From positions 12,594 through 76,593 of the forward strand of contig CAKSEM010000001.1 in NCBI GenBank assembly GCA_934446485.1: a DNA stretch of 64,000 nucleotides. Reading direction: 5' to 3'. A program made the translations under genes and the position numbers. Each line of letters begins with the position of its first letter. The first letter of the stretch is position 1. Below the pieces are notes generated by a model. It was not told the origin of the DNA and did no database searches. It worked only from the letters and a program-made list of their open reading frames with translations. This document shows positions 38,602 through 48,261 of this stretch, piece after piece. The stretch comes from an uncultured Eubacteriales bacterium. Its GTDB lineage: Bacteria; Bacillota; Clostridia; Oscillospirales; CAG-272.

Positions 38602-40304
38602 ATGAATTAATAAAATGGCTGGAGGATAATAAAATAACATATAATCTCATTGACAATGAGGTTATCGAGCTTCCAGATTTCGGCAAAATGTTCTTTGAAG
38701 ATACGGAAAGTATGAAATCCATATTCCGCACCAACAAGGATGATGAGCTGATATTTAACAGTATGGAAGATCCAGAAGTTTTGATGGCAGAAGGTATTAA
38801 CTATATTGTATTCAAGTTTGGAGACAACTGGTATTACTACGACTTACGCAAGGACTTCAAGCTGAATATCCTTAAATACGTTGGTAAAAGAACACCATCA
38901 AATCATAAGTTTGAGTATGTCAATTTAGGTGTTCACACGCCTTTTGAACTACTGAATGGAAGCTTTATGCCAACATATTGGGTAAGAAAAGCCAAGTATT
39001 TGGGACATCCAGGAATCGGTATTTGTGATAAAAATACGATGGCAGCTTGCTACAATCTGCAAAAAGAATGTGAGGCGGCTGGACTGAAATATGTATTTGG
39101 ATATTCATTAGTGTTCTCTGATGGTGAGCATACAGTTGGTGCAAAAGTTTATGTTCAGTCACAAAAAGGATTGCGGAATCTGTTGCGAATACAGAAAGCC
39201 ATTATGGTAGACAGCACGGATAAGATTATTCCTTTGGAAGAATTGCTGAATCGTGGTGAAGGCAATGTAATTGTACTTGACAAGTATTCTTCATTCTGGA
39301 TTACTGAAAACCAAGACATTGTAAAGGATTTGCAAGAGTCTTTTGATTGTGTCTTTTGGCAAGTAGATTTGTCGGAATATAAGGCAGAACGTATTGACAT
39401 CAAAGTATTAGAAGCAGCCAAACATTATTTTGACAATATATATGGCAAGATGGGCGTATATCCAGTGCTTCTTACAGATGCCTATTATCTGGATGAAGAC
39501 GATGCCAAGAATAAAATTATCCTCAATAAGGTTGCAGATGGCGCAGCGCATGAGCAAAGTAATCAGCAATACTTCAAAGATGTTGATGAACAATATCAAC
39601 TTTTTGCTGACACATTTGATGCCGATAAATGGGATATTGACAGTCTATTTCAAGAATGTTGCGACAATTCTATGGATATATTGGAACATGCCAATGCAAG
39701 GTTTGAAAATAATAGAAACTTCATGCCTAAATACGACATGACTCCAGAAGAGCAAGCAAAATATGGAACATCACACAACATGTTCATTCAACTCTTAGAG
39801 GAAGGGTTGCAACGCCTCGTACCGCCAGAGCAACAAGATAAGTACCGCAAGCAGATGGAATATGAGCGATACATCATTGAGTCAACAAACAATGTGGACT
39901 ATTTGCTTGTACAGTATGACACATGTAATTGGGCAAGACGAAACAATATCCTTGTCGGTTGTGGACGTGGTTCTGCTGCTGGATGCTTATTGCTATATCT
40001 GCTTGGTATAACGCTCATTGACCCGATGAGATACGACCTTATCTTTGAACGCTTCTTGCTACCAGAACGAGCAGGATTATATCCAGCCAAAACAACCATT
40101 ATCGGTGAGGATTTGGAGTCCAAAGAATATATCGAAGTAGAATTGGATGGTGGCAAGGTAATAAAGATAGACAAGGATGCCCAGCTGATTATCAAGCGTG
40201 AAGGTGAAGAGGAGCCTCGTGTAATATACGCAGATGAGCTGGAAACAAATGATGACATTTTGTTCGATAATAAGGATTTAATATTCACAATAAACGAAAT
40301 TTAG
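38598..40304 (+). CDS. dnaE: DNA polymerase III alpha, N-terminal fragment (PHP domain plus start of palm) with a 75-aa non-DnaE C-terminal extension
   Basis: 568 aa. PHP-like 'YVNLGVHTPFELLNGS', then 'GCGRGSAAGCLLLYLLGITLIDPMRYDLIFERFLLPERAG'. From 40077 to 40301 the sequence is unrelated to DnaE. Confidence 0.8.
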   Translation: MNELIKWLEDNKITYNLIDNEVIELPDFGKMFFEDTESMKSIFRTNKDDELIFNSMEDPEVLMAEGINYIVFKFGDNWYYYDLRKDFKLNILKYVGKRTPSNHKFEYVNLGVHTPFELLNGSFMPTYWVRKAKYLGHPGIGICDKNTMAACYNLQKECEAAGLKYVFGYSLVFSDGEHTVGAKVYVQSQKGLRNLLRIQKAIMVDSTDKIIPLEELLNRGEGNVIVLDKYSSFWITENQDIVKDLQESFDCVFWQVDLSEYKAERIDIKVLEAAKHYFDNIYGKMGVYPVLLTDAYYLDEDDAKNKIILNKVADGAAHEQSNQQYFKDVDEQYQLFADTFDADKWDIDSLFQECCDNSMDILEHANARFENNRNFMPKYDMTPEEQAKYGTSHNMFIQLLEEGLQRLVPPEQQDKYRKQMEYERYIIESTNNVDYLLVQYDTCNWARRNNILVGCGRGSAAGCLLLYLLGITLIDPMRYDLIFERFLLPERAGLYPAKTTIIGEDLESKEYIEVELDGGKVIKIDKDAQLIIKREGEEEPRVIYADELETNDDILFDNKDLIFTINEI

Positions 40305-40306
40305 TT

Positions 40307-41617
40307 ATGATGCAATTGACAAATGAAATGGTTGAAGCTGTAGACATCATACAGAATACCAACCAATCGCTTTATATTACAGGAAAAGCTGGTACAGGAA
40401 AGACTACATTCTTGCGATATATTGTGAACAACATTAAGAAGAAGTTTATCGTAACAGCATCTACAGGAATTGCAGCTGTAAATGCTGGAGGTGTAACGCT
40501 TCACAGTTTGCTCAACATTCCTTTTGGAGTGCTTACGGAATCAGAGAATGTGCATAGTAGCTATAAGCCAGAAAAGGCGATGCTGCTTCGTTCTATTGAT
40601 GCTATCATCATTGATGAGGTAAGTATGGTACGCCCAGACGTGATTGACTACGTTGATAGAAAGTTACAGATGTACCGTGGCAGCAGTGAGCCTTTCGGAG
40701 GCGTACAAATCATTATGTTTGGTGACTTATTCCAGTTGCCGCCAGTGGTAAAAGCTGATGAACAGCATATATTGTCACAGTTCTATCGTGGCATATATTT
40801 CTTCCATGCTCATGTATGGCGCAATGCTGGTTTCAAAGTAATCGAGTTGACGCATATCTTCCGTCAGAACGACAAGCGTTTCATCGAAATACTCAATAAT
40901 ATACGAGAATATCGTATAATGCAAGAAGATATAGATGACCTGGCCGCATTAAGAAACAAGAATGAAAGCAAGGATTTCTCCAACTCCAGCATACATATAT
41001 GTGCTTACCGCAAGGACGTACAGAAAATCAACACAGAATTGCTTGGAGAGCCTACGCATGTTTATAAAGCAATGGTTACTGGAGATTTCCAACCCAATTC
41101 AGCACCATGTGAACAAGAGCTAAAACTTCGTGTTGGAGCAAGGGTTATGATGCTCGTAAATGACCCAGCACATGTATACTGCAATGGCTCGTTGGGTGAG
41201 GTTGTAAATCTCAACGATAAAGTTGTTACAGTAAAACTTGATAATGGTTGTACTGTAGGCGTAATGCCAAATACTTGGTCTGCTAAAGAATATCGCATGA
41301 TGAACGATAAGATTGAGACCATTGATAAAGGCTCTTGTACGCAGTTCCCAATAGCGTTGGCATGGGCAATTACTATTCATAAGAGTCAAGGTTTGACTTT
41401 TGACAATGTTGTTATCCATACAAAGGGCTGCTTCGTTCCTGGACAGTTATATGTTGCTTTGAGTCGTTGCAGAACACTGGAAGGTATTGTATCTGACACA
41501 TTTATTGATAAGAGACACATCTTGACCGACATGGAACTGGTGAAGTTTACGGAAGCGTATAAATTGAACAATAACATCTTTGACAACGAAACATATAAGA
41601 TTATGAGACGAGTATGA
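40307..41617 (+). CDS. PIF1/RecD-family helicase inserted between the two dnaE fragments
   Basis: 436 aa. 'ITGKAGTGKTTFL', 'AIIIDEVSMV', 'FGDLFQLPPV', 'TIHKSQGLTFD'. There are 2 nt after the dnaE-N stop, and its own stop overlaps the dnaE-C start (ATGA). Confidence 0.85.
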   Translation: MMQLTNEMVEAVDIIQNTNQSLYITGKAGTGKTTFLRYIVNNIKKKFIVTASTGIAAVNAGGVTLHSLLNIPFGVLTESENVHSSYKPEKAMLLRSIDAIIIDEVSMVRPDVIDYVDRKLQMYRGSSEPFGGVQIIMFGDLFQLPPVVKADEQHILSQFYRGIYFFHAHVWRNAGFKVIELTHIFRQNDKRFIEILNNIREYRIMQEDIDDLAALRNKNESKDFSNSSIHICAYRKDVQKINTELLGEPTHVYKAMVTGDFQPNSAPCEQELKLRVGARVMMLVNDPAHVYCNGSLGEVVNLNDKVVTVKLDNGCTVGVMPNTWSAKEYRMMNDKIETIDKGSCTQFPIALAWAITIHKSQGLTFDNVVIHTKGCFVPGQLYVALSRCRTLEGIVSDTFIDKRHILTDMELVKFTEAYKLNNNIFDNETYKIMRRV

Positions 41618-44600
41618 AAGTTGTAAGTGCAACATTAAAAACATCGGACACTCCAGTCAAGACAATAGATACTTTTGTTGATGATGGATATTTGCAAGGC
41701 GAAGGCGGCTCGCTCCCAGATGTGGATAATGATTTCCAAAGTGACAAACGCCAGGAAGTAAAAGAATATACTGAGAGACGATATAATAAAAACGGTTTAC
41801 AGCGTGTATTTTCAGCTGGAACCTATACGACATTGAAGTCTAAGGCTTGTTTGAAAGATGTGGCTCGTACAATGCGTATTCCGACATCTATCGTGAACTA
41901 TATTACTGCTATCATTGATGATGACAAGTGTGATTATACAGGTCTATTTAAGTTAGCAGCAACTAACAAAAAGGTTGCAAAATTCATTGGAGACCATCCA
42001 CAACTCTTTGAAGATGTACGCACGTTGATGTTTCAGCCTCGTTCCAGCTCTGTTCATGCTTCTGCATTGCTGATAACTCCAGATACAAAAGATGGTGAGA
42101 CGATGGAATGTTTTGACTATGTGCCTATCAAGAAGGTTGATGGCATTTTGGTTAGCGAGAATGATGGCTACGAACTTGACGAACTTGGTTTGCTGAAGAA
42201 CGATTGCCTTGCAACCAAGGAACTTTCTAAAATCCACCAGACACTCGACTTGGTAAATTCTGTATATCATCAAGACATTACTCTGGAAAAGTTAGCGACA
42301 GGCTCGCTGGATGACGAAAAGGTATATGAAGTATTAGCAAACGGCTGTACACAAAACGTATTCCAGTTCTCATCACACGGTATCACCAAATTCTTGACTG
42401 AAATGAAGCCGAGTAATATTGGTGACTTGATTGCTGCAAATGCCCTTTATCGCCCTGCCACAATGGGTAACTTGGATGATTATGTGAACTGTAAGAAAGG
42501 ACTTGTAGCTCCTGTATATCTTTGGGGGACATACAATTCACTGAAAGACACCTTCGGTCTGGTGGTATTCCAGGAGCAGATTGTAATGATGGCTCGTGAG
42601 GTTGGTGGATTCAGTCTTGGCGAAGGTGTAAAGCTCGTTAAATTCGTTTCCAAGAAAAAGACGGATAAGATTCGAGCTATGAAAGACAAGTTCATGGCTG
42701 GAGCTAAGAGGAACGGATGTCCACAGGAGGATGCGGATAAAATATGGGCGCAGATTGAGGCTGCTGGTACATACTGTTTTAATAAGTGTATATCTGGCAA
42801 AGAACGAATCCGTAGAAGCAATAGGACTTCTGGTGGTTTGACAATTGCTGAAATGTATAAAGTGATGAATGACCGTGCTTGGGCTGTTGCTCATGGTCAT
42901 AAATCATTGCATGACAGATATAGACGTGTTGGATATGGCAAAGGTTGGTCGCTTGTTCACACTGATGGATATGATGAATATTTGTTGAAAAATGATATTG
43001 TTGATATTCGCTATATGGGTATTCGCCCTCTCTATCGTATTACTTTAGAAGATGGTAGAACAATTGATGTAACAGATAATCATAAGCATCCTACAAACAA
43101 TGGTATGAAGCGCACGGATGAGTTACAAGTTGGTGTAGATAAAATGTATGTAAATATTGGTTCTTTGAGCGAAGATACGGTTTACCGCTTCACAGATAAA
43201 GGCAGTTCAAACGATACATACTATCATTCCAATGATAATGTTCAGCAATATGAACTTAATTCAGAAAAAGGACATTGTGGCTTTACCAAGCGTGATACTA
43301 ACTATACTCTACTTGAAAAGTATCGTAAGGAGCAAATGAAAAGCCATTGTGAAAAGTGTGGAAAATCCGATTGCAGATTGGAAATCCATCATATAAATGG
43401 AGACCATTCCGTGATAGGCGATAACTATTCCAATTTGCAAACACTTTGTTCTTCGTGCCATAAGAAAGCTCATTATGCAATGGGCAGAGCAAAACAGGGC
43501 GAGAAAGGTTTGTATACAGAACTTCGAGCTGTTGTTTCTGTTGAATATATTGGTGATGATGAAGTGTATGATGTAGAAATGGCAGACCCATATCACACAT
43601 TCACGACAGAACAAGGTGTTGTAACATGCAATAGCCATGCTACTGCCTATGCCGTAACAGCCTATGCTGGAGCCTGGTTGAAAGTACATTATCCGACAGC
43701 TTTCTATACCGTTGCTCTCCAGTGGGCAGATGATAATGAGCTTGTTGCGCTAATGGGAGAAATGGAGGCTATCAGTAATGCAAAGGTTGTACCTCCAGAC
43801 ATCAATGTTAGTGAGGATATATTCCATACAGACTACAATACCAACGAAATATTCTGGTCAATCTCCAGAATCAAACAACTTGGCGCAAAAGCTGTACAAT
43901 GGATTATGGATGAGCGCAAAAAGAATGGTGAGTTCACAAGTATCACCAACTTCATCGACCGTATATTCAAGTACAAGCTGAAGAAGTATGAGTATTGGGA
44001 TGATCCAGACAACGAAGAAGAGGCTACACGATGCCCAGTGAACGCTCGTTGTGTGTTGAATCTTATTCTTGCTGGTTGCTTTGATAAGGTGGAACATGCT
44101 GGTTCCGTAATAGAACGTTACGCCATCATAGAAAAGGCAGCAGAACAGCTTGGTTTTGAGATAAAAGAGAAAGACATACCAGTAGATATGCGAGGCAAGC
44201 ATTATTTCTGGAGCCAACAACAAGTAAAGGTGTCTGGAATTGGTTCTGTGGACTATAAGCGTATTTATGATAATTCTGCTATTAAGCCACAACTGAAAGG
44301 CAGAGTGTCGTATGCAACCTTGCAAAGCATCACGCCAAACGAAATGGATGGCAAAAAAGTTGGTGTGTGTGCTACAGTCGTTGAAGTTGAAGAAAAGAAG
44401 TTCAAAAGCAAGAAAACTGGTGGCGAAGAAACCTTCTGCAAACTCCTTCTTCAGCAAAATAATGACTTGTGCGAATGTATTGTGTGGCCAGAAGAATATA
44501 AATCCATGCGCCCACAACTCATAGATTCAAAAAACAAATTGATAATTTTCTCAGCAACTGTCAAGTATAGTGATTATGCTGGAAAGAACAACTTACAGTT

Positions 44601-44631
44601 TATGAAACGAAGTTTATTGGAAGTATTATGA
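41614..44631 (+). CDS. dnaE: DNA polymerase III alpha, C-terminal fragment (catalytic PDxDxDF onward) containing an HNH intein
   Basis: 1005 aa. After a 32-aa leader comes 'SLPDVDNDF...', which continues the DnaE alignment. 'GTYCFNK' and 'SHATAYAVTAYAGAWLKVHYP' flank a 282-aa insert. Confidence 0.85.
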   Translation: MKVVSATLKTSDTPVKTIDTFVDDGYLQGEGGSLPDVDNDFQSDKRQEVKEYTERRYNKNGLQRVFSAGTYTTLKSKACLKDVARTMRIPTSIVNYITAIIDDDKCDYTGLFKLAATNKKVAKFIGDHPQLFEDVRTLMFQPRSSSVHASALLITPDTKDGETMECFDYVPIKKVDGILVSENDGYELDELGLLKNDCLATKELSKIHQTLDLVNSVYHQDITLEKLATGSLDDEKVYEVLANGCTQNVFQFSSHGITKFLTEMKPSNIGDLIAANALYRPATMGNLDDYVNCKKGLVAPVYLWGTYNSLKDTFGLVVFQEQIVMMAREVGGFSLGEGVKLVKFVSKKKTDKIRAMKDKFMAGAKRNGCPQEDADKIWAQIEAAGTYCFNKCISGKERIRRSNRTSGGLTIAEMYKVMNDRAWAVAHGHKSLHDRYRRVGYGKGWSLVHTDGYDEYLLKNDIVDIRYMGIRPLYRITLEDGRTIDVTDNHKHPTNNGMKRTDELQVGVDKMYVNIGSLSEDTVYRFTDKGSSNDTYYHSNDNVQQYELNSEKGHCGFTKRDTNYTLLEKYRKEQMKSHCEKCGKSDCRLEIHHINGDHSVIGDNYSNLQTLCSSCHKKAHYAMGRAKQGEKGLYTELRAVVSVEYIGDDEVYDVEMADPYHTFTTEQGVVTCNSHATAYAVTAYAGAWLKVHYPTAFYTVALQWADDNELVALMGEMEAISNAKVVPPDINVSEDIFHTDYNTNEIFWSISRIKQLGAKAVQWIMDERKKNGEFTSITNFIDRIFKYKLKKYEYWDDPDNEEEATRCPVNARCVLNLILAGCFDKVEHAGSVIERYAIIEKAAEQLGFEIKEKDIPVDMRGKHYFWSQQQVKVSGIGSVDYKRIYDNSAIKPQLKGRVSYATLQSITPNEMDGKKVGVCATVVEVEEKKFKSKKTGGEETFCKLLLQQNNDLCECIVWPEEYKSMRPQLIDSKNKLIIFSATVKYSDYAGKNNLQFMKRSLLEVL
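42787..43632 (+). mobile_element. Intein with HNH homing-endonuclease domain in dnaE
   Basis: Begins 'CISGKERI' (Cys1). Block B 'VTDNHKH'. HNH 'CEKCGK...LEIHHINGDH...NLQTLCSSCHKKAH'. Blocks F/G 'EVYDVEMADPYHTFTTEQGVVTCN' followed by Ser +1. Removing it restores the DnaE 'FNKSHA' motif. Confidence 0.85.
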
Positions 44632-45167
44632 AACCAACAATAGTTTGTTTGGTCGGGGATTCTGGAAGCGGAAAGACGTTTGCTTCCTTGCACCTCCAGG
44701 AAGTTCTGAATTGGAACAGTATTGTTTCTTATACAACTCGCAAGAAACGTAAAGGCGAGGTGGATGGTAGAGAACATTGGTTTGTAACCGACAAAGAAGT
44801 TCCAGATAAGTCAAAAATGTGTGCTTACACAATGTTTGGTGGCTATCAATATTGGACTGAGTGGGAGCAGTTTATAAGCGATAAAGTAAATGTATATGTA
44901 ATAGATGAAAAAGGTTTGATTAATTTGCAAGCAAAAGAGCAAACACCATTCAGCTTTCATCTGGTGACAATTAAAATAAACCGTCAGTATAAAGATGGTA
45001 TTGATAAACAACGTATAGCTCGTGATAAAGAACGTGTGCATATCCCAGAAGAGTTGTATGACTATGTTATCAATAATGACTATTCAATTGAGGCTTTTAG
45101 AGCCACGTTATATCTTATTGGCAAGTGTATAGAAAGAAAATATAACAATGGCAGCACCAAAAGATGA
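44628..45167 (+). CDS. Guanylate kinase-like dNMP kinase
   Basis: 179 aa. 'LVGDSGSGKT' P-loop and the 'SYTTRKKRKGEVDGREHWFV' guanylate-kinase signature. Confidence 0.75.
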   Translation: MKPTIVCLVGDSGSGKTFASLHLQEVLNWNSIVSYTTRKKRKGEVDGREHWFVTDKEVPDKSKMCAYTMFGGYQYWTEWEQFISDKVNVYVIDEKGLINLQAKEQTPFSFHLVTIKINRQYKDGIDKQRIARDKERVHIPEELYDYVINNDYSIEAFRATLYLIGKCIERKYNNGSTKR

Positions 45168-45927
45168 AAAACCAGTACTCGTCATGTTCACACTGGACTT
45201 TGAGACTGGAAGTTTGAAATGTCAGACAGGCGCAATCACACAGATAGCAATCCACGCCACCAGACTTGACACATTTGAGAAATTAGGTTCTTATGTACGT
45301 TATGTATATCCGTACAACAGAAAACAGATAGAAGGCGTAGGTAAGAAGCGTAAGGTTCTAAAGAGTAAATATGATGTTGACAATGCGGAGCCTATGGATT
45401 ACGAAGAAAAAGCTCTAACATATTCAGCAATCACTATGAACATGCTGGAGACAATGGGAGAGGACATTTGCGATGTTGCCAGGGGAGCAGTGGATTTCAT
45501 TGCCGACCATACGCCTAAAACTCCAAAGAATATGAAACCTTTCTTACTTGGACAGAATATTGAGTTTGATAAAGGGTTCTTCATGCAGTTGATGGAATAC
45601 GCAGGGTTAGTTGGAGAAATTAAGAAACTCCTCAGAGGACATGAGGATTTTTACGGACATTGGCAACCAGATGTTCTTGACACCATTATGCTTGGGCAGC
45701 TTGCATTATGCCATCTTCCAAATGTGGATTCATACAAGCTGGAGATTATGGCAGAACGTCTTGGAATAGAGCTTGATGATGCCCATGATGCTGATGCTGA
45801 CGTTTCTGCCACAACAAATGTAGCAGCGGTTCTCACACAACGCATGAGAAGTGAGGGCGGTGTTATGACAGGTGGAGGTCTGGCTATATCCAAAGCAGAA
45901 AAAAGTCGCAAACACTTTAAGATATAG
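45148..45927 (+). CDS. DnaQ-like DEDD 3'-5' exonuclease
   Basis: 259 aa. ExoI 'FTLDFETG', ExoII 'GQNIEFDKGF', ExoIII 'DAHDADADVSAT'. Confidence 0.8.
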   Translation: MAAPKDEKPVLVMFTLDFETGSLKCQTGAITQIAIHATRLDTFEKLGSYVRYVYPYNRKQIEGVGKKRKVLKSKYDVDNAEPMDYEEKALTYSAITMNMLETMGEDICDVARGAVDFIADHTPKTPKNMKPFLLGQNIEFDKGFFMQLMEYAGLVGEIKKLLRGHEDFYGHWQPDVLDTIMLGQLALCHLPNVDSYKLEIMAERLGIELDDAHDADADVSATTNVAAVLTQRMRSEGGVMTGGGLAISKAEKSRKHFKI

Positions 45928-45931
45928 TAAA

Positions 45932-46189
45932 ATGGAAGAGGTAAATGTACAGACCGTAGACGAGCCTAAAGCTGAATTTCGCACATTATCAGACCGTGGT
46001 GCGTTTACAGTAAGGAACGCTGATAATGATGAAATTCTTGTGGAAATATCTGGATATGACCTTCAAGTGAACTTCAATATGGAATACTTGAACAGCATCC
46101 AAGATGTAGAAGCTGCTGTAAGTGGCATAGGTGATGTGTTCCGTCAGATTATTATGGAGAAATTGCTTGAATACAAACAAAAGCAATAA
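45932..46189 (+). CDS. Hypothetical protein (start at ATG 45932)
   Basis: 85 aa starting 'MEEVNVQTV'. The upstream part of the tracked ORF overlaps the exonuclease gene. Confidence 0.45.
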   Translation: MEEVNVQTVDEPKAEFRTLSDRGAFTVRNADNDEILVEISGYDLQVNFNMEYLNSIQDVEAAVSGIGDVFRQIIMEKLLEYKQKQ

Positions 46190-46211
46190 AGTATCGCTAT
46201 TCATTATAAAC

Positions 46212-46240
46212 AAAAGCCTTGCAATCCAGCAAGGCTTTTT
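46212..46240 (+). terminator. Rho-independent terminator ending the replication module
   Basis: aaaagccttgc (46212-46222) pairs with gcaaggctttt (46229-46239), followed by a T run. Confidence 0.7.
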
Positions 46241-46255
46241 AATTGACAGAAAGTA

Positions 46256-46735
46256 ATGAAAGAGACCAAACTGACAGAACAAGAGCAACTTTTTTGTGAG
46301 TTGTTTGTGAACGGTGCGGCTCCTTATGCAGGTAATGCCTTGAAATGCTACCAATCTGTTTTTTACAGTTGCGATGTAAAGGACAATATCCGTGCTAAGA
46401 AATTGCTGTCAAGGGACGATATAAAGGAGTTTATGGCAGAGTTGGAAGAATACAACTCCCTGGAAACAACTCACATGAAAAAGTTCCTGACTGAAAATCT
46501 AAAGCACATTATTGAAGAGACATCGACTGCTGTTTACAGAGATAGACGAGGCAATAAACTATCTCCAGCAGCACTAAGAAGTGTGGCAGTAGCAGCTTCT
46601 AAGACATTGATGGATATGTACCCTGTAAAGGAAGCACAAGTTAGTAAGTTGAACATTGAAGGCGGTGGAGAAAATGGCATAGTATTCAATGTAATTGTAC
46701 CAGAATCAAAACCAAAAGAAAATGAAACAGATTAA
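46256..46735 (+). CDS. terS: Terminase small subunit
   Basis: 159 aa. N-terminus 'LTEQEQLFCELFVNGAAPYAGNALKCYQ' matches the Terminase_2-type HTH pattern. Confidence 0.7.
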   Translation: MKETKLTEQEQLFCELFVNGAAPYAGNALKCYQSVFYSCDVKDNIRAKKLLSRDDIKEFMAELEEYNSLETTHMKKFLTENLKHIIEETSTAVYRDRRGNKLSPAALRSVAVAASKTLMDMYPVKEAQVSKLNIEGGGENGIVFNVIVPESKPKENETD

Positions 46736-47088
46736 TGCTTGAAGCTATCCTCACAGGAATTATAGGCGTAATTGCTGGAAATGCTTCGATGTTCTTGTTC
46801 TTCAGACAAGAGCGAAGATCAAAGACACTTGACAATGATTCTAAAGAACATGATAATGAAGCCAAGGAATCGGAAGAGTGGAAAAAGTTGTACGAATGTG
46901 TACATGATGAATTGAGAGAAAAAGACCAGAAAATTGACACACTTTACGTCCAAATTTCTGACTGGCGTGATAAGTATAATGCTTTAGCGTCAGATAAAGC
47001 ACAATTAGAAGTGAATAATGCTAAGATGTGCCTATTGAAATGTGAAGTGCCATCTTGCCCTAACCGTAAGCCATCAACAGGATATTAA
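46735..47088 (+). CDS. Membrane-anchored coiled-coil protein (lysis-cassette candidate)
   Basis: 117 aa. N-terminal TM segment 'AILTGIIGVIAGNASMFLFF', then a coiled coil. Confidence 0.4.
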   Translation: MLEAILTGIIGVIAGNASMFLFFRQERRSKTLDNDSKEHDNEAKESEEWKKLYECVHDELREKDQKIDTLYVQISDWRDKYNALASDKAQLEVNNAKMCLLKCEVPSCPNRKPSTGY

Positions 47089-47285
47089 TGAAGGAAATTG
47101 TAATTATCCCATCATTTGCGTTATCTGAAATGAAGCTGGATGCGCTTGTTGGTAGAAAGGCAAATATAGTTGAAGTCCTCAAAGACCATAACGGAACAAT
47201 TCGAGGATGCTGGGCATCGCTTATTGGCGAGCCGTATATGGAAAAGAAAGAATGGTTTATACCATATAGCTCTTTTATTTTATGA
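47088..47285 (+). CDS. Small hypothetical protein
   Basis: 65-aa ORF with overlapping start and stop. Confidence 0.4.
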   Translation: MKEIVIIPSFALSEMKLDALVGRKANIVEVLKDHNGTIRGCWASLIGEPYMEKKEWFIPYSSFIL

Positions 47286-47752
47286 AAATCGAAGTCAAAA
47301 GAATTGCTCTAAAAGATAAGTATACAATCGGCCACATGTATATTGATGGCAAGTTTGTATGCGACACACTGGAAGATAAAGTGCGAGACTTGAACAAGAA
47401 TGGCAAGTTTGACAATGGTGAGGTAAAAATCCCCAATGAAACCGCCATTCCTTATGGAACATACAATGTTACTATGAACATTCAGTCTCCCAAATATTCA
47501 AACTATGCAAAATATCCGTATGTCAAGAAGTACAACGCTTTCATGCCACGCCTCCAGAATGTACCTTCATTTGAGGGCATATTGATTCACGCTGGCAATA
47601 CGGCAGACCATACCAGTGGCTGTATTTTGGTAGGGGAGAATAAGATTAAAGGACAGGTTATCAACTCTCAGAAAATCTGGACGAACTTGATGGATAAGTA
47701 TTTCTGGCCAGCTAAACTTAGGGGCGAGAAAATTACCATTGAAATGAAGTAA
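47282..47752 (+). CDS. Putative peptidoglycan-acting enzyme (YkuD/L,D-transpeptidase-like signature); endolysin candidate
   Basis: 156 aa. 'GILIHAGNTADHTSGCILVGEN' resembles the His...Ser/Thr-x-Gly-Cys catalytic motif. Flanked by membrane proteins. Confidence 0.35.
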   Translation: MKIEVKRIALKDKYTIGHMYIDGKFVCDTLEDKVRDLNKNGKFDNGEVKIPNETAIPYGTYNVTMNIQSPKYSNYAKYPYVKKYNAFMPRLQNVPSFEGILIHAGNTADHTSGCILVGENKIKGQVINSQKIWTNLMDKYFWPAKLRGEKITIEMK

Positions 47753-47753
47753 C

Positions 47754-48257
47754 ATGAAGAAAAGAGACATTATATATGTACTTGTTATCTTGCTGTTGAC
47801 AATAGGATTGACTCACTTGCTTGTGAAGAATACTCATGTAGATGTGAGCCAATCTTTACAAAAAACAGACACCATTACCTACGTTGATACGATACCTTAT
47901 TACAAGCCTGTGCCAAAAGACAGCATTGTGATCAAATATCGTACCGTCAAACTTCCAGCACAAAAAAAGGATTCAACTACTGGAAAAACGGATAGTGTAG
48001 ATGTCGTTTTGCCTATCACTCAGCAAGTATATAAGGATAGCACATATCACGCTTGGATAAGCGGTTATCTTCCACGACTTGACAGTATTCATATCTACAA
48101 CAAGAATACGACCATTACAAAGACTCAAACAATAACTGTTACCCAGTATAAAACAAAACGCTGGGGTGTTGGCGTTCAAGTTGGGTGTGGATATAATTTC
48201 AATCAAATTTCACCATATATAGGTATCGGAGTTCAGTACAACATTTTTAATTGGTAG
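47754..48257 (+). CDS. Membrane-anchored protein (spanin-like candidate)
   Basis: 167 aa. N-terminal TM 'IIYVLVILLLTIGLTHLL'. Beta-rich C-terminus ending in 'NIFNW'. Confidence 0.35.
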   Translation: MKKRDIIYVLVILLLTIGLTHLLVKNTHVDVSQSLQKTDTITYVDTIPYYKPVPKDSIVIKYRTVKLPAQKKDSTTGKTDSVDVVLPITQQVYKDSTYHAWISGYLPRLDSIHIYNKNTTITKTQTITVTQYKTKRWGVGVQVGCGYNFNQISPYIGIGVQYNIFNW

Positions 48258-48261
48258 TATA

